From: Schmidtea nova
Taxonomy: Eukaryota
DNA length: 64,000 nucleotides
Reading direction: 5' to 3'
Assembly (NCBI GenBank): GCA_044892505.1
Contig: CM097882.1
Span: 515,034,001 to 515,098,000 of the forward strand
This document shows positions 25,301 through 35,903 of the stretch, piece after piece. The translations under genes and the position numbers were made by a program. Positions within the stretch are counted from its first letter, which is position 1; every line of letters begins with the position of its first letter. Under the pieces are notes generated by a model. The model made no database searches, was not told where the DNA came from, and was given only the letters and a program-made list of their open reading frames with translations.

Positions 25301-26626
25301 TCTCTGCCAACAACCTGATATAACCTTTTCGCACGTAGTCATTGAGCACGTCTTTGTAGCTGTCTTTTAACCTACCGTCTTTCATCAACCGATTGTCCAG
25401 ACTTCTCAAACGCTTCTCAGCCATTTTTATATTATCTTGAAGTTGATACTTGTTCTCCCTCCATAATAGGCTAACCGTGAACCTTTCATCCTCGCACGAC
25501 ATACCTTCGATCGCCCTTTGCATTAATATTTCCTCACTCTGGCTGAACTGATTCCTTTCAATGTGAGTCTCCTCAATTTCCCAAAATTGCCGCATCTGAT
25601 CCTCCAATCTCTCTGTTTTAGAAAAATGGCTCTGGACAAAATGAGTGTTGCGGAGCTTGATCTTCATTGATCTTGCCCAGACATGTCCATCCGAGAGGCG
25701 TCAGTCTGGCAACCGGCTCATCCGAATTCCTTCTCTGCCAACAACCTGATATAACCTTTTCGCACGTAGTCATTGAGCACGTCTTTGTAGCTGTCTTTTA
25801 ACCTACCGTCTTTCATCAACCGATTGTCCAGATTTCTCAAACGCTTCTCAGCCATTTTTATATTATCTTGAAGTTGATACTTGTTCTCCCTCCATAATAG
25901 GCTAACCGTGAACCTTTCATCCTCGCACGACATACCTTCGATTGCCCTTTGCATTAATATTTCCTCACTCTGGCTGAACTGATTCCTTTCAATGTGAGTC
26001 TCCTCAATTTCCCAAAATTGCCGCATCTGATCCTCCAATCTCTCTGTTTTAGAAAAATAGCTCTGGACAAAATGAGAGTGTTGCGGAGCTTGATCTCCAT
26101 TGATCTTGCCCAGACATGTCCATCCGAGAGGCGTCAGTCTGGCAACCGGCTCATCCCTCATCCTTCCTACTTCTCGAATAGATCTGTGCAAATGGGGATA
26201 GTCGGCCCCAACTAAAACATCTATCTGCGGTCTTTTCCCAAGAACCGGGAATCGAATGTCCTTTAGGTGCTCCCAGTTATACGCCAGCTTTTGCCAATTG
26301 CATGCTCTTAAGTCCCCCGTGACGCTTTTGACGACCAGAGCCTTAAAGTTGACTTTCACCTTGTTATTATTGCTTGCCAACATCACCTCTATCAGCCTTG
26401 TTTCCAACATTTCCGATTTCCCCCCAATCACGCCAACTAGAATATTTTCCCATTGTCCCCCAACGCCTAATTTCTGAGCAACCCAATCACTAATGTAACT
26501 CACATTACTTGCATCGTCAAGTAATGCATTTACTCGGAATTCCTTCCCTTTATTAATTAATTTAATCGGAATCGTTCTCAATGGCACATACATGTTCTGA
26601 CTTTGTTCTGCGTGACAGGTCACCAT
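22302..26626 (-). pseudogene. BEL/Pao pol (protease, RT, RNase H, integrase, DUF5641-like tail)
   Basis: NALLDDASNVSYI, WWLPHFPVIK..KIRIVFDAAAK, YMDD, IFVDASKCAYGAVAY, VAVDYAGP, CLFTCLVTRAVHLE, SDNGTNFVGA, FNPPSAPHFGGVYE. Confidence 0.93.
25291..26152. repeat. ~430-bp direct tandem duplication inside BEL pol
   Basis: 25291-25720 and 25721-26152 are near-identical (both start CCGAATTCCTTCTCTGCC and end GGCAACCGGCTCAT). One copy lacks 2 nt (ATGAGTG vs ATGAGAGTG). Confidence 0.9.
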
Positions 26627-26629
26627 TGA

Positions 26630-27650
26630 CGTATTTTTATTCTCATCTTTCTTTTGACTGTCATTTATTTTGACCCCTGGGCTATGCAGTAAGACCTGCC
26701 GACAGACAATTAAAACATAACCCGTTATTTTTCACAAACTCATGACGCTCTTTCGCATCATACTTTTAAAAATCTGGACATCGGTTTAAATAATGTTCTC
26801 CTTTGCATTTCTTACATTTTAGTGTCGTTTTTCGTTCTCCACCAGCTTCTACCTTCGGATTGTTATCCACAAAATTTGTAACCCTCTTCTTATTTTCAAT
26901 CTCCTTTCTATTTCCTGGCTTTCGCTCTCCAAACAATATATTCAAAGCCTTGCGATGCCTGTCAGCTTCTCTTTTTACCCATTCTGCCAAGGTTTGTACA
27001 TTTGCCTCCTTCCCTGACTCAATTGCGTGCCCACTGTATCAGCATGGTTTCCGGTAACTTTTTCAACAGTTGGTGATACAGGATTCCATCGTTTAACTCC
27101 TTCTCTCTTTTGGTCTTTGAACGTCAAGATTATATTTCCCAGTAGCTCTTCAAACCGTTCTAGGTCTTCCAATACATTGAGCCTCACTGGAAAGAACCTC
27201 TGTACCGCGTCCAGCATCATTGAATATGTACGTTCTGGTCCACCAAATCTGTCATCCAATAATTTTATTGCCGCTTCAAAGGCTTGAGAGCCATATCCAA
27301 TATAGGCAATTAATTGCAGAGGTTTCCCTTCCAAATACTGTCTTAAGTACAAGTATTTCCTTTCGCTCGTTTCCTCTGTGTCCTCAATGCAAGCTCTCAC
27401 AATTGCTCGCCACCCAGAATACTCCATGATCCTTCCATTAAATACCGGAAGCTGTAAGGGTTTCAACCCTGTCAACAATTTTGGCCTTTCCTTGACCTTA
27501 TCCGCCTGAAGAGATTGTTCCCCAATCTTAAATGATTCCATTTTAACACTCTTCCTTTTTACTAAACGCTAACTCTCCTATTCGGTTAAATTCCGCTTCC
27601 AATCGTTCGAGGTCTCTCTCAATATCTTTTAATGACCAGTCGGTAATTGA
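26630..27650 (-). pseudogene. BEL/Pao gag, N-terminally truncated
   Basis: LKPLQLPVFNG (DUF1759-like), KYLYLRQYLEG, and the CKKCKGEHYLNRCPDF zinc knuckle. Confidence 0.85.
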
Positions 27651-27658
27651 CCCATTGT

Positions 27659-28066
27659 TTATGATTTTGAGGGCTTTCCTAGTAATCCTACACCACCTAA
27701 TAAAGATAATGCTAATGGTAGCAATGCCGCAATAAGCCCTCCGTGTTGTTTATATATTATTTTGCGCATTTGTTTTTTATTTTTAGTATTTACTAGTGAT
27801 AATAATGGTTTCTTGTGTTTGTTCAACACATTTTTATTTGATTTACTGATATTAATTTTACCTTTGACAACTTTAACTATAACATCAAGTAAATCATCAA
27901 TTACATAATTGGGAAACGATTGTAAAATACACATTCTTCTAATGCTTGGAACTTTGAGTAAGGCTTTGAAAAATGGAAAACTGCGATGATTTTTAGATTT
28001 TTTACTTGAAGTTGTCTTTGGCATCTTTGGTGTATCGGGTTTTGAATTGTGTGAAATTAGATTCAT
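27659..28066 (-). CDS. Small basic Polinton virion-type protein with C-terminal Q-x-GG plus amphipathic segment
   Basis: Lys-rich; ILQSFPNYVIDDLLDVIVKVVKG...KHKKPLLSL...KQHGGLIAALLPLALSLLGG, a pattern common in Maverick small ORFs. Confidence 0.7.
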   Translation of the reverse strand: MNLISHNSKPDTPKMPKTTSSKKSKNHRSFPFFKALLKVPSIRRMCILQSFPNYVIDDLLDVIVKVVKGKINISKSNKNVLNKHKKPLLSLVNTKNKKQMRKIIYKQHGGLIAALLPLALSLLGGVGLLGKPSKS

Positions 28067-28191
28067 TTTGAGAAAATTTTCGGTGATTAATTTTTTCGGA
28101 GGCGTGAAACTCGTTTTAGATGGAATTAGTGTTTCACGATTCTTTTTAATAACTTTTCTAAGTTGAATTCTTTGGATGTTTGGATCGTGTT

Positions 28192-28834
28192 TTAAGTATC
28201 ATGATTAATTTCGAACATAAATTTAACTTTGTTTATAAACCATTGCTCCTTCTTTGTTAAAAATATCAGTTCTAACACGTAATTCATCACTACATTGTTG
28301 AGTAAAATCGAGAAAATATATCCATGTGGGACTTTAGTTGCATCTTGAAATGCATTGATCAAGAAATTCCGATTATTAGGGTAAGCCTGTCTAGCAAGAA
28401 AATCGATAACGGTAGCATCTCTAGGATTTTTAAAAATAACTAGATATTGGACATTCAAATTTCGAGTTCGATGACTACCACCCTGGTGAAATAAATTCTG
28501 AGTAATAAAATAACTGTAACTCCTTTATGTCTAGCAATTTTTGTGAATAACTTATTGAAATCCTTCTCTTTATTTGCTTGATACAAATCATCAATAATAA
28601 TTACATCACTTCGTAATCTAGACGACCAGTTTTTATCGAATCCTTTTATTATTGTCATTTTAATCTTACAGAATTGATCTTGAGTCATTCCATGTTCATC
28701 ATCAGCTCCCCTATGCCAATAAATTTTGTTAAATTTTGATTTGAATAATTTTGACTGTAATAATTTACAAACAAAGTTTTTCCACTTCCACTTGGACCGA
28801 CAATTTGATAAACTGCATCATTTCTTAACTTCAT
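28192..28834 (-). pseudogene. FtsK/A32-like genome-packaging ATPase, frameshifted
   Basis: ATG at 28834 (MKLRNDAVYQIV), Walker A GPSGSGKT, Walker B VIIIDDLY, and YLVIFKNPRD...LARQAYP...AFQDAT..PHGY. Confidence 0.9.
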
Positions 28835-28911
28835 TTTTAAAATATTAAAATATTGTTTTAATTAATTGTTATACTTTTACGAAAATTATTTAAAAAATAA
28901 TCAGTCTTATA

Positions 28912-29382
28912 ATGTTAAGCAACATAAATTACAAAGGAAAATGTTCTGTTTCTCTTATGAAATTTCCAAATGGTAAGCCACAGCAGATTGTAGATAGGAA
29001 AGGTAAGTATCCTATAATATTTTTCAAGTCCGGTAAATGTAGAATAATGGGATGTAAACAACCTCTTAAAGATCAAGATTTATTATATGAAATAAGTGAT
29101 TTATAAATACAATCGATTACAGTTACTACAGATATTGGGAAATTTGTCAATTTACATGAATTGTCGCAAAATCTCTCATGTTCTTATGAACCAGAAATAT
29201 TCCCGGCATTGAGATATATAAAGTATAATCCTTTATGTGTAAACGTATTCAACAGTGGTAAAGTTGTTATACTCGGTATAAAATCATTAAACTATCATGC
29301 TTTGGTTGAAAAAATAATTAACGATATCAAATCGGTTATTGATGACGTAGAATTCTTGAAATTCTTGTTACTTGTTACATAA
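28912..29382 (+). CDS. TATA-binding protein (TBP)-like gene, 156 codons with one in-frame TAA at 29104-29106
   Basis: Two pseudo-repeats: LSNINYKG...IIFFKSGKCRIMGCK and IQSITVTTD...YEPEIFPALRY...VNVFNSGKVVILGIK. ORFs 28912-29106 and 29161-29382 are in the same frame. Confidence 0.8.
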
Positions 29383-29574
29383 TAAAATACAGGATTTTGA
29401 TTGGTTGTTCGGAAGGAAATACTTCATTTTGATTGGAAGACGGTGTGTACGAATTAACAGTATATATAACGACATCATTTTCATTACATTTATATCAACA
29501 GTAAAAAGATGTCTCTTAATAAAACCAATGGTAAGGATTGATTTTTATTTTGAAATTTTTATTAATGCGTTCTT

Positions 29575-29865
29575 TTGTTTTTAGAAAAACTGATGGGCGT
29601 TCTGCTTGAAAAAATAGAGGATTTTTACCCGAAACCTATGCGCGAATTGGTTTACTTCGCTCCAGAGCTTCTTCCTTATAAAATATTGGCATTTACCGGA
29701 ATCGATCTCAACAAGGTGTTGCTCGACCATCACCATAATATAGAAGAAGAAGAATCCAGCGCTAGGATTATCTGTGCCTATAGATGTGAAAGTTGCATCA
29801 ATAGGACTCAGAAATACCACAAATGGTTACTCCGAGAGGAGTTAAGAAACTTTTTAGGACAATAA
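29575..29865 (+). CDS. Unknown 96 aa Polinton ORF with C-x3-C-x2-C motif
   Basis: Open frame ending just before the right TIR; contains ICAYRCESC. Confidence 0.45.
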   Translation: MFLEKLMGVLLEKIEDFYPKPMRELVYFAPELLPYKILAFTGIDLNKVLLDHHHNIEEEESSARIICAYRCESCINRTQKYHKWLLREELRNFLGQ

Positions 29866-29869
29866 ATAT

Positions 29870-30679
29870 TTTTATAGTTAAAATGTCTTTTTATTGTGTT
29901 TTTTATAAAGTATTTATTTTCTTAAAACGTACCGAGTTATGAAAGATGTTTTGTAGTTAAAATTAACTTTTATAAAATTTTGATGCTGAATATTTATTGA
30001 AAATAATAATGGAAAATAATTCGCAATATTCCAACTTAATTGGTCAGATTTATTAAGATGTTGCAATCAATAAAGTGTTGACGAAAATCAACAAGAAATT
30101 ATCTTGCAATGAAACAATATTCATCAACAACAGGAACACCGAATTTCATGATGCATTTCAATCAGTTGAATATACGGATAATGATAATTGGTTTTTTGAT
30201 ATATTCATCCAAGGATATAAAATCGATCCAAAAGAATCAATGACTCCAATTTGGAAGATAAAAAGCGCAAGAATTGCATAGTTGGAATAACATTGTTGTC
30301 ATATATGTGTATTTATTAATAAATGTTGATAAATTCTCACTTGGTGTTTTTGAAAAAATGTTTTGTAAAATTTTATGTTTTTTAAAAAAATATTAAGTTT
30401 TTTATGTTTTTGAATTTTTGAAAAATTTAGATTTTGACCTTCAAAATTGACCTTAGCATGACCTTGACCTCACGATGACCTTAACTTGTCCTTGAAGTAT
30501 CCTCAAAATGTCCTCAAAATTTGACCTTAAAAAAAATTATGACTCATCGTCTTTGTGTGTAAAAAAATTTGGGGGGTCGCAAAAAAATACCCCCCCCCAG
30601 GGGTCACTTGATTTTGATTGGATGCACGCACGCGATGACGTCATATGTCTTTGTTCCCCCGTCCACACTTCCTCCTACT
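29870..30679. repeat. Polinton right TIR (~810 bp)
   Basis: Inverted match to 10340-10992 joined to 13128-13279. Confidence 0.92.
30009..30281 (+). pseudogene. TIR-encoded ORF, right copy (in-frame stop at codon 16)
   Basis: MENNSQYSNLIGQIY*DVAINKV...PIWKIKSARIA; TAA where the left copy has AAA, plus a one-codon deletion. Confidence 0.55.
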
Positions 30680-31039
30680 GTTATCGAAGAGAGATTTAAT
30701 TATGCAAACAACTATCTTCAATTAAAAATTCTTTGGACTATTATGTTGTTTTACATTTTTTATCTACGTGGCTATTCCTTTGTAAGCTAAGAATCAAAAA
30801 TATTTATGCGTAAAAGGATATTTAAAGGAACATTTTTCTGGTAAATACAGTTGTAATCTTTTTATCTAACAAGGAGTTGTCTGTTTAAAACAATAGTTTT
30901 TTTGTATTTGTAATAGGTGTTTTTTTATTTGAAATAATAGTTTTTTAAGTGAAATAATAGTTTTTAAGGTGAAAACCTTTATATATGCATTATAATGTAT
31001 ATAAGATATACATTCAGTATATTAAATTAAAAATAAATT

Positions 31040-31879
31040 CTACGCGATTTTTTCGTAGCATAGTCTTTAATCTACTTCATGTAATATTATTGTAGAACAA
31101 AGAAATTTATAAGATTTAATTTTCATTGCCATTCAGTTTCATTCGAGATATTGCTGTTGAACTATTTTCAGCTACTTCTATTAGGCTGTCATAAATTTCA
31201 CCAAATTCATTTCGCAGTGGTCTAATAGACATTTTAAACATTTTCTGTAGAAATAAATCTTTGAAAATGATCTCCCCATTTCATTATTTGGATATATTAA
31301 TTGCACATTTTGAATCGGTACTTTTTCGATTAATATATTCAGTATTATTTTATTGCTGAGTGTTGAAGGCCATCAAGCTGGATCACTTAATTCCAAGCTC
31401 ATTGAAGTATATGGTTCATCAATTTCAGCGTAATTGCAAAGCTCAGTACCAGAATTATATTCCATTTCGTCATTACTACTATTCTCATATTACTACTATT
31501 TCTCATATTCATTCTCATTTTCCAAAGATATTTAATGGAAAATTCAATTTAAAGATTCAATATTCAAATTTGAATTGCTACTGGGGGGATTTTTTAATAT
31601 TACTGATTTTGCTAAAAACTTTTTTATTGAACCAAACATTTTTTAGATTCATTTTGTTTTTCTTCTCGCTTTCTTTTATATTGTGCTCCAGACAATCTTT
31701 TCGTTTTTCTTTCAGACTATACATGCTCTTTACGAAAATATATAAAGATATAAATATGAATTTATATTAAAAATCAATTTCAATTAACTAATTTTTTTTA
31801 CAAATTCATTAAACAATTTTTTTAAAATAATTTCGTTGTCGATTTAGCCGCCTGCGTGCTCTGTACGCTATGAACACTG
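31040..31879 (-). mobile_element. Internally deleted hAT (ZMYM1-like) transposon remnant
   Basis: RLSGAQYKRKRE..GSIKKF N-terminus, SDPA-WP, and SIRPLRNEFGEIYDSLIEVAE. The putative 5' terminus is CAGTGTTCATAGCG on the minus strand at 31879. Confidence 0.45.
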
Positions 31880-32329
31880 GTCAGGCAATTTAGACAACGA
31901 TATGAGCCTTTTTGTAGCCAAAAAATTACGAAAATAATTGATTGATATTATTTTAGCGGATAAAATTAATGAATATATAGTAAGTCTGACTAAAATAATG
32001 AGTGTTGTTAATTAAAATAATTTCTGAGTATTATAAATTAAATTAGACTTTTTAAAATTATTTTTGAGTGTTATTAATTAAATTAGACCTATTTTAATTA
32101 GTTCTGATGGTTATTAATTAAATTATTTTAACTAAAATTAATTCTGATTTCGATAAATTAAATTAGGTTTAAAAAATTAAATTAGGTGGCCAAATGATTC
32201 TTTTTAGAAATTAAAAAAAAATAGTACCCATATAAAAATATAAGTATATATTTTAAAATTTATGTCCAATAATTGACAGTAAATATCAAAAAAAATTAAT
32301 TAATTCAACTAACTTGTTAAATCTACATT

Positions 32330-32960
32330 TTTCATGTTACCAATTAATCAAGTACCAACTATTCTGCTACTATTTGACCAACAAACCAATAACTGCCATT
32401 CAGTTAAACAACCCGGTACCAACAAATCAACTAATTATACATACTAAACAATTATCAATTTAACCACTAATTACCAGTGATCTCTATACACACTAAAGAA
32501 TCGTCAATCAAATACTAAATTCTTAACTCTAAAAAGTAACAACTGTCTCTACATATACTAACAAATCATCAATCAAGTACTAACTAATTAACCAACTAGT
32601 TCTTCACACTAATAAATGAGCAACCAAGAACTAGCAGTGATACCTACATACAATAAGGAAATTATTAACCAAGTAATAACTAGATAATTTTGCACATACT
32701 ACAAGATTAACAATCTAGTACTTACTTACCAACTACTTATACACATTTAGCAACTAGTTCTATACTTTAACCGTTTAACAATTAACCAACTAACTATAAA
32801 TTAACTCTATACATACTATCAAGTACTAATTAACCAAATACTTCTACGTACTTATCAAATAGTTCTTAACCGTCTATCAATCAACAAACAAACTAACAAC
32901 TAACTCTACATGCTAACAAACCACCACCAACAAACTAACCAATTAGTTCTAAGAATATTT
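32330..32960. repeat. Strand-biased A/C-rich degenerate repeat region
   Basis: Recurrent AACTAATTAACC / CAACTA / CTCTATACACACT-like motifs with very few G on the plus strand. Confidence 0.6.
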
Positions 32961-33351
32961 CTCGATCTTTGGAATCGAGATATTTATTCTTAAAAATTAT
33001 TATTCAATTCTTACAAATATTCAAAAATTTTAATTACTTTATTTATTCAAATATGTCCAAAATTATATATCAAGCTCTAAAAATTAACATTAAATTCATT
33101 AAAATTTTTCATTAATTTTCTTACCATTATCGTCGACTGTTAACATTTCAAAATTTATATTAAATTTTAATAGATGATAGCATGAAATGTTTAATGAAAA
33201 TTCTCTTTTATTTTTTTCAAATACTATTTTGATTAAACATTTCATACTATCATCAATTAACATTTTCGCGACATGCTATTTTCCTATTAAATATGCCTAT
33301 AAGACAGAAAGTTTTTGAGGTTTTCGGAATCATACGGACTTCGTCGTTATA

Positions 33352-33648
33352 TCATAAATTTACCGGAAAAGTACGGTAATCTTCGTCTCTACCTGAATAT
33401 TGTACAAAATTTAAATTTAAATTTTGAATACCACTAATATCTGCTGAATTTAATTCGTTTCCATTTATTTCTTCGTCTACATCTTTGGTAATTTCTTCTT
33501 CATTATCACTATCAATATCCTCATCAAGATCACTTTCACCACTACTATTTACTGCATCGTCATCTTCTAATTCTTCATCTTCCATCATATCCGTAGCAAT
33601 CTGTTCAAGTTCTTTTTCCGTTAAATATTTCTTTCGATCTAAAGGCAT
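33352..33648 (-). pseudogene. Acidic N-terminal fragment resembling a piggyBac-type transposase
   Basis: LTEKELEQIA...EDEELEDDD...ESDLDEDIDSDNEE. No catalytic domain or TTAA/CCC terminus was found. Confidence 0.3.
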
Positions 33649-33926
33649 CTTCTACAAAAATATAATATAAAAGAATTATTACTTATTATATTATTTAAAA
33701 ACTATACATATTAATATTTATATATTGGAGTAATTTGAAAAATAGTACATTAAATTGCGGTATTTAAAAATATAGAACACCTTTTGTAATTATTTAAAAT
33801 ATAGAACACTTAGAAATCAATTAAAAAAATAAAATATAGAACAAAAAACTTTTAAAATTTGAAAAATAGAACACTTACTTTTAACTATTATTTAATAAAA
33901 AGAATTAAACAAATGAAAACAACTAT

Positions 33927-34950
33927 TTATTCACGTTTCGAGAGTACTGGTATTCTGGGTCTACCCATAGGCCTTCTTGCCAGTGGAGGCGCTAAATCAA
34001 TCTTGATGAGGTCTGATGAAGATAAAGGAAGTATGCTAATTAAGGAGTTATAGTAAACACTACTCAGATATTTTTGAGAAACTAAAGAATACGGGGATCT
34101 TCCCGTACTATATATAACCGCACACATGCGTTTACATGGTATACACACTTTTTGTTTCCAGATCAACTGTAAACTTTTTATCAACAAAATACACATGCTT
34201 ATTTGATGGTTCTGCAGAAATAGCACAGCAATTTGAAACCAATTTAGGAATTTTTTAGCAACTACATCAATGACCAGTTCATTGAATCGATTCTGCCTCC
34301 TTTCATTGAACACACCCATATTATTTAATTCAATAATTAAATTTGAAATATCTCTATTAATATATGGTTTCAATCTTGAATTCATTGATTCTACAGGATT
34401 TACTGTTATCTTATCATATTTCGATATTGGAAACATGTTATTTGCTATTATTTTTATCCCAATCATTTGAAGTCTCAAAAAATCGCTCATTTTTTACCTT
34501 GATTTTATTCATGTTTGTAATAAATACATCAGTTGAATATGTATTAACTTTTAAATTTGCCTTTAACCCTTTTTAATCAAAAACATTCATAACACCAAAT
34601 ATTTTTGTCACAAGAAAAATATGCTTCGTTAACGTGCTGAAGAAATTAAGGTGACAAAATTTGGAAATCAAAAAAATCCGTTTATTCCAAATGATTAAGT
34701 AATATAATCTTTAGTGATTTTTCAATTCTTTTCGTTAATGTATGATTCCTTGTTTCTTTTCTTCATTATCTCATTTAATAATTGCTATTAATGTGTCATT
34801 TATTTTTCTCCTATTATTTCCGGACTTTATGATTATTTTATCTGTTTTTTTGCATTTCTTTCCAGTTTTATGTTTCTATCTATTGTTATTCAAAATGTTT
34901 TCGAGGATTTCAGTCCAATACTTGACAAATGACATAATTATTCACAATTT
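33927..34950 (-). pseudogene. MULE transposase C-terminal remnant (SWIM)
   Basis: TVNPVESMNSRLK, WKQKVCIPCKRMCAVI, LAPPLARRPMGRPR. Confidence 0.65.
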
Positions 34951-35562
34951 TTCATCGGGAAAATCTTTAAACTGAGTTTTAAATGTTACAAATTAAAATT
35001 TACACCGAGAAAAAGATGACAGTGTTATCAGAGCTGTCATTAAGATTATGTGATGAGACATGGTGCAGAAATAATTGAGTAATTTCCATCTTGTACGGAA
35101 ATGGGCCACGTGAAAATTGAGATATAATAGGTTACCTAGATTAGTAAATTATAATTAAATTTGGAGAGATCAGTCCTGGGCAAACCTAAATAGGGACTCT
35201 AGACTTGGGAAGATATATGAAAAAATGAATATTAGCGAAAGATTAGAAATTCCTTAAATTTAATAGCTGTTCACGATGTTTATGAATATATTTTACAATT
35301 ACCCAAATGTTGAAGCCATATCATTAGACGATATGATTAGGGTTATAAGGTTATAGGTAATAATTACTGTATGATGCAATTAAATTTAAATCCTCTTCCT
35401 TAATAATTTATTCAAAAAACAACAATTTCCAAAGTTTAGTCTGAATATTCAAACAATTGAGGCATTTGCAATTCCAATATCAATAAAAATATTTACCATA
35501 TATATAAAGTTATAATAGTATACAATATATAACTGCAATTGATTAAGTAAATATAAGTATTA

Positions 35563-35735
35563 TGGTACCCCGTCAAAAGGGCCCGGGTCAAAACGGCCCC
35601 AACAAAAAGACTCAGTCAAAACGGCCCCTGACATAAAGGCCCACGGCAAAAAGGTCTTTGGCAAAATGGCCCTGGTATAAAAGCCCCCGACAAAGGGCCC
35701 TTGGCAAAAATGACCCCTGTCAAAAGGGCCCCGCC
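35563..35735. repeat. Degenerate ~15-bp periodic array (GTCAAAAGGGCCCC-like)
   Basis: About 11 GC-rich units in AT-rich flanks, adjacent to the 3' end of the FLYWCH-MULE gene. Confidence 0.8.
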
Positions 35736-35903
35736 AGTAGGACCGCATAGATAGAAAATTGAATTGGATCTTAGTGAATGGTGATAATACTCAACTTTTT
35801 AACTACGTACTATTAGGCATTTTGTACTATTATGTAATACCTGTAAGCAAGCCTGACTCTGATTCTCCTACTGTAAACAAGTATTCACGCTCATTAGGGC
35901 CCG

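Larger units (their letters stand above)
21610..27650 (-). mobile_element. BEL/Pao LTR retrotransposon inserted in the Polinton, 5'-truncated (5' LTR missing)
   Basis: gag-pro-RT-RNaseH-INT order and higher GC than the flanks; one LTR at 21610-22318 next to a polypurine tract. Confidence 0.93.
10340..30679 (-). mobile_element. Polinton/Maverick (adintovirus-like) endogenous element, both ends present, internally decayed
   Basis: Starts AGTAGGAGGAAGTGTGGAC (10340) and ends GTCCACACTTCCTCCTACT (30679). Identical 6-bp TSD GTTATC at 10334-10339 and 30680-30685, long TIRs, and pPolB, protease, capsid, integrase and ATPase genes inside. Confidence 0.95.
9772..30980. mobile_element. Older MITE-like DNA element (~0.9 kb without insert) that received the Polinton insertion
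   Basis: The left end CAGGGTTTTTCACCTAAAAAACTATTATTTC (9772) is the inverted match of ...GAAATAATAGTTTTTTAAGGTGAAAACC (~30950-30977), and both ends share AAAAAACTATTATTTCA subrepeats. The TSD is not recognisable. Confidence 0.45.

Noticed and set aside
33352-34570. Complete piggyBac element
   Set aside because: No catalytic domain and no paired TTAA-CCC/GGG-TTAA ends were found; TTAACCCT at ~34563 has no partner.
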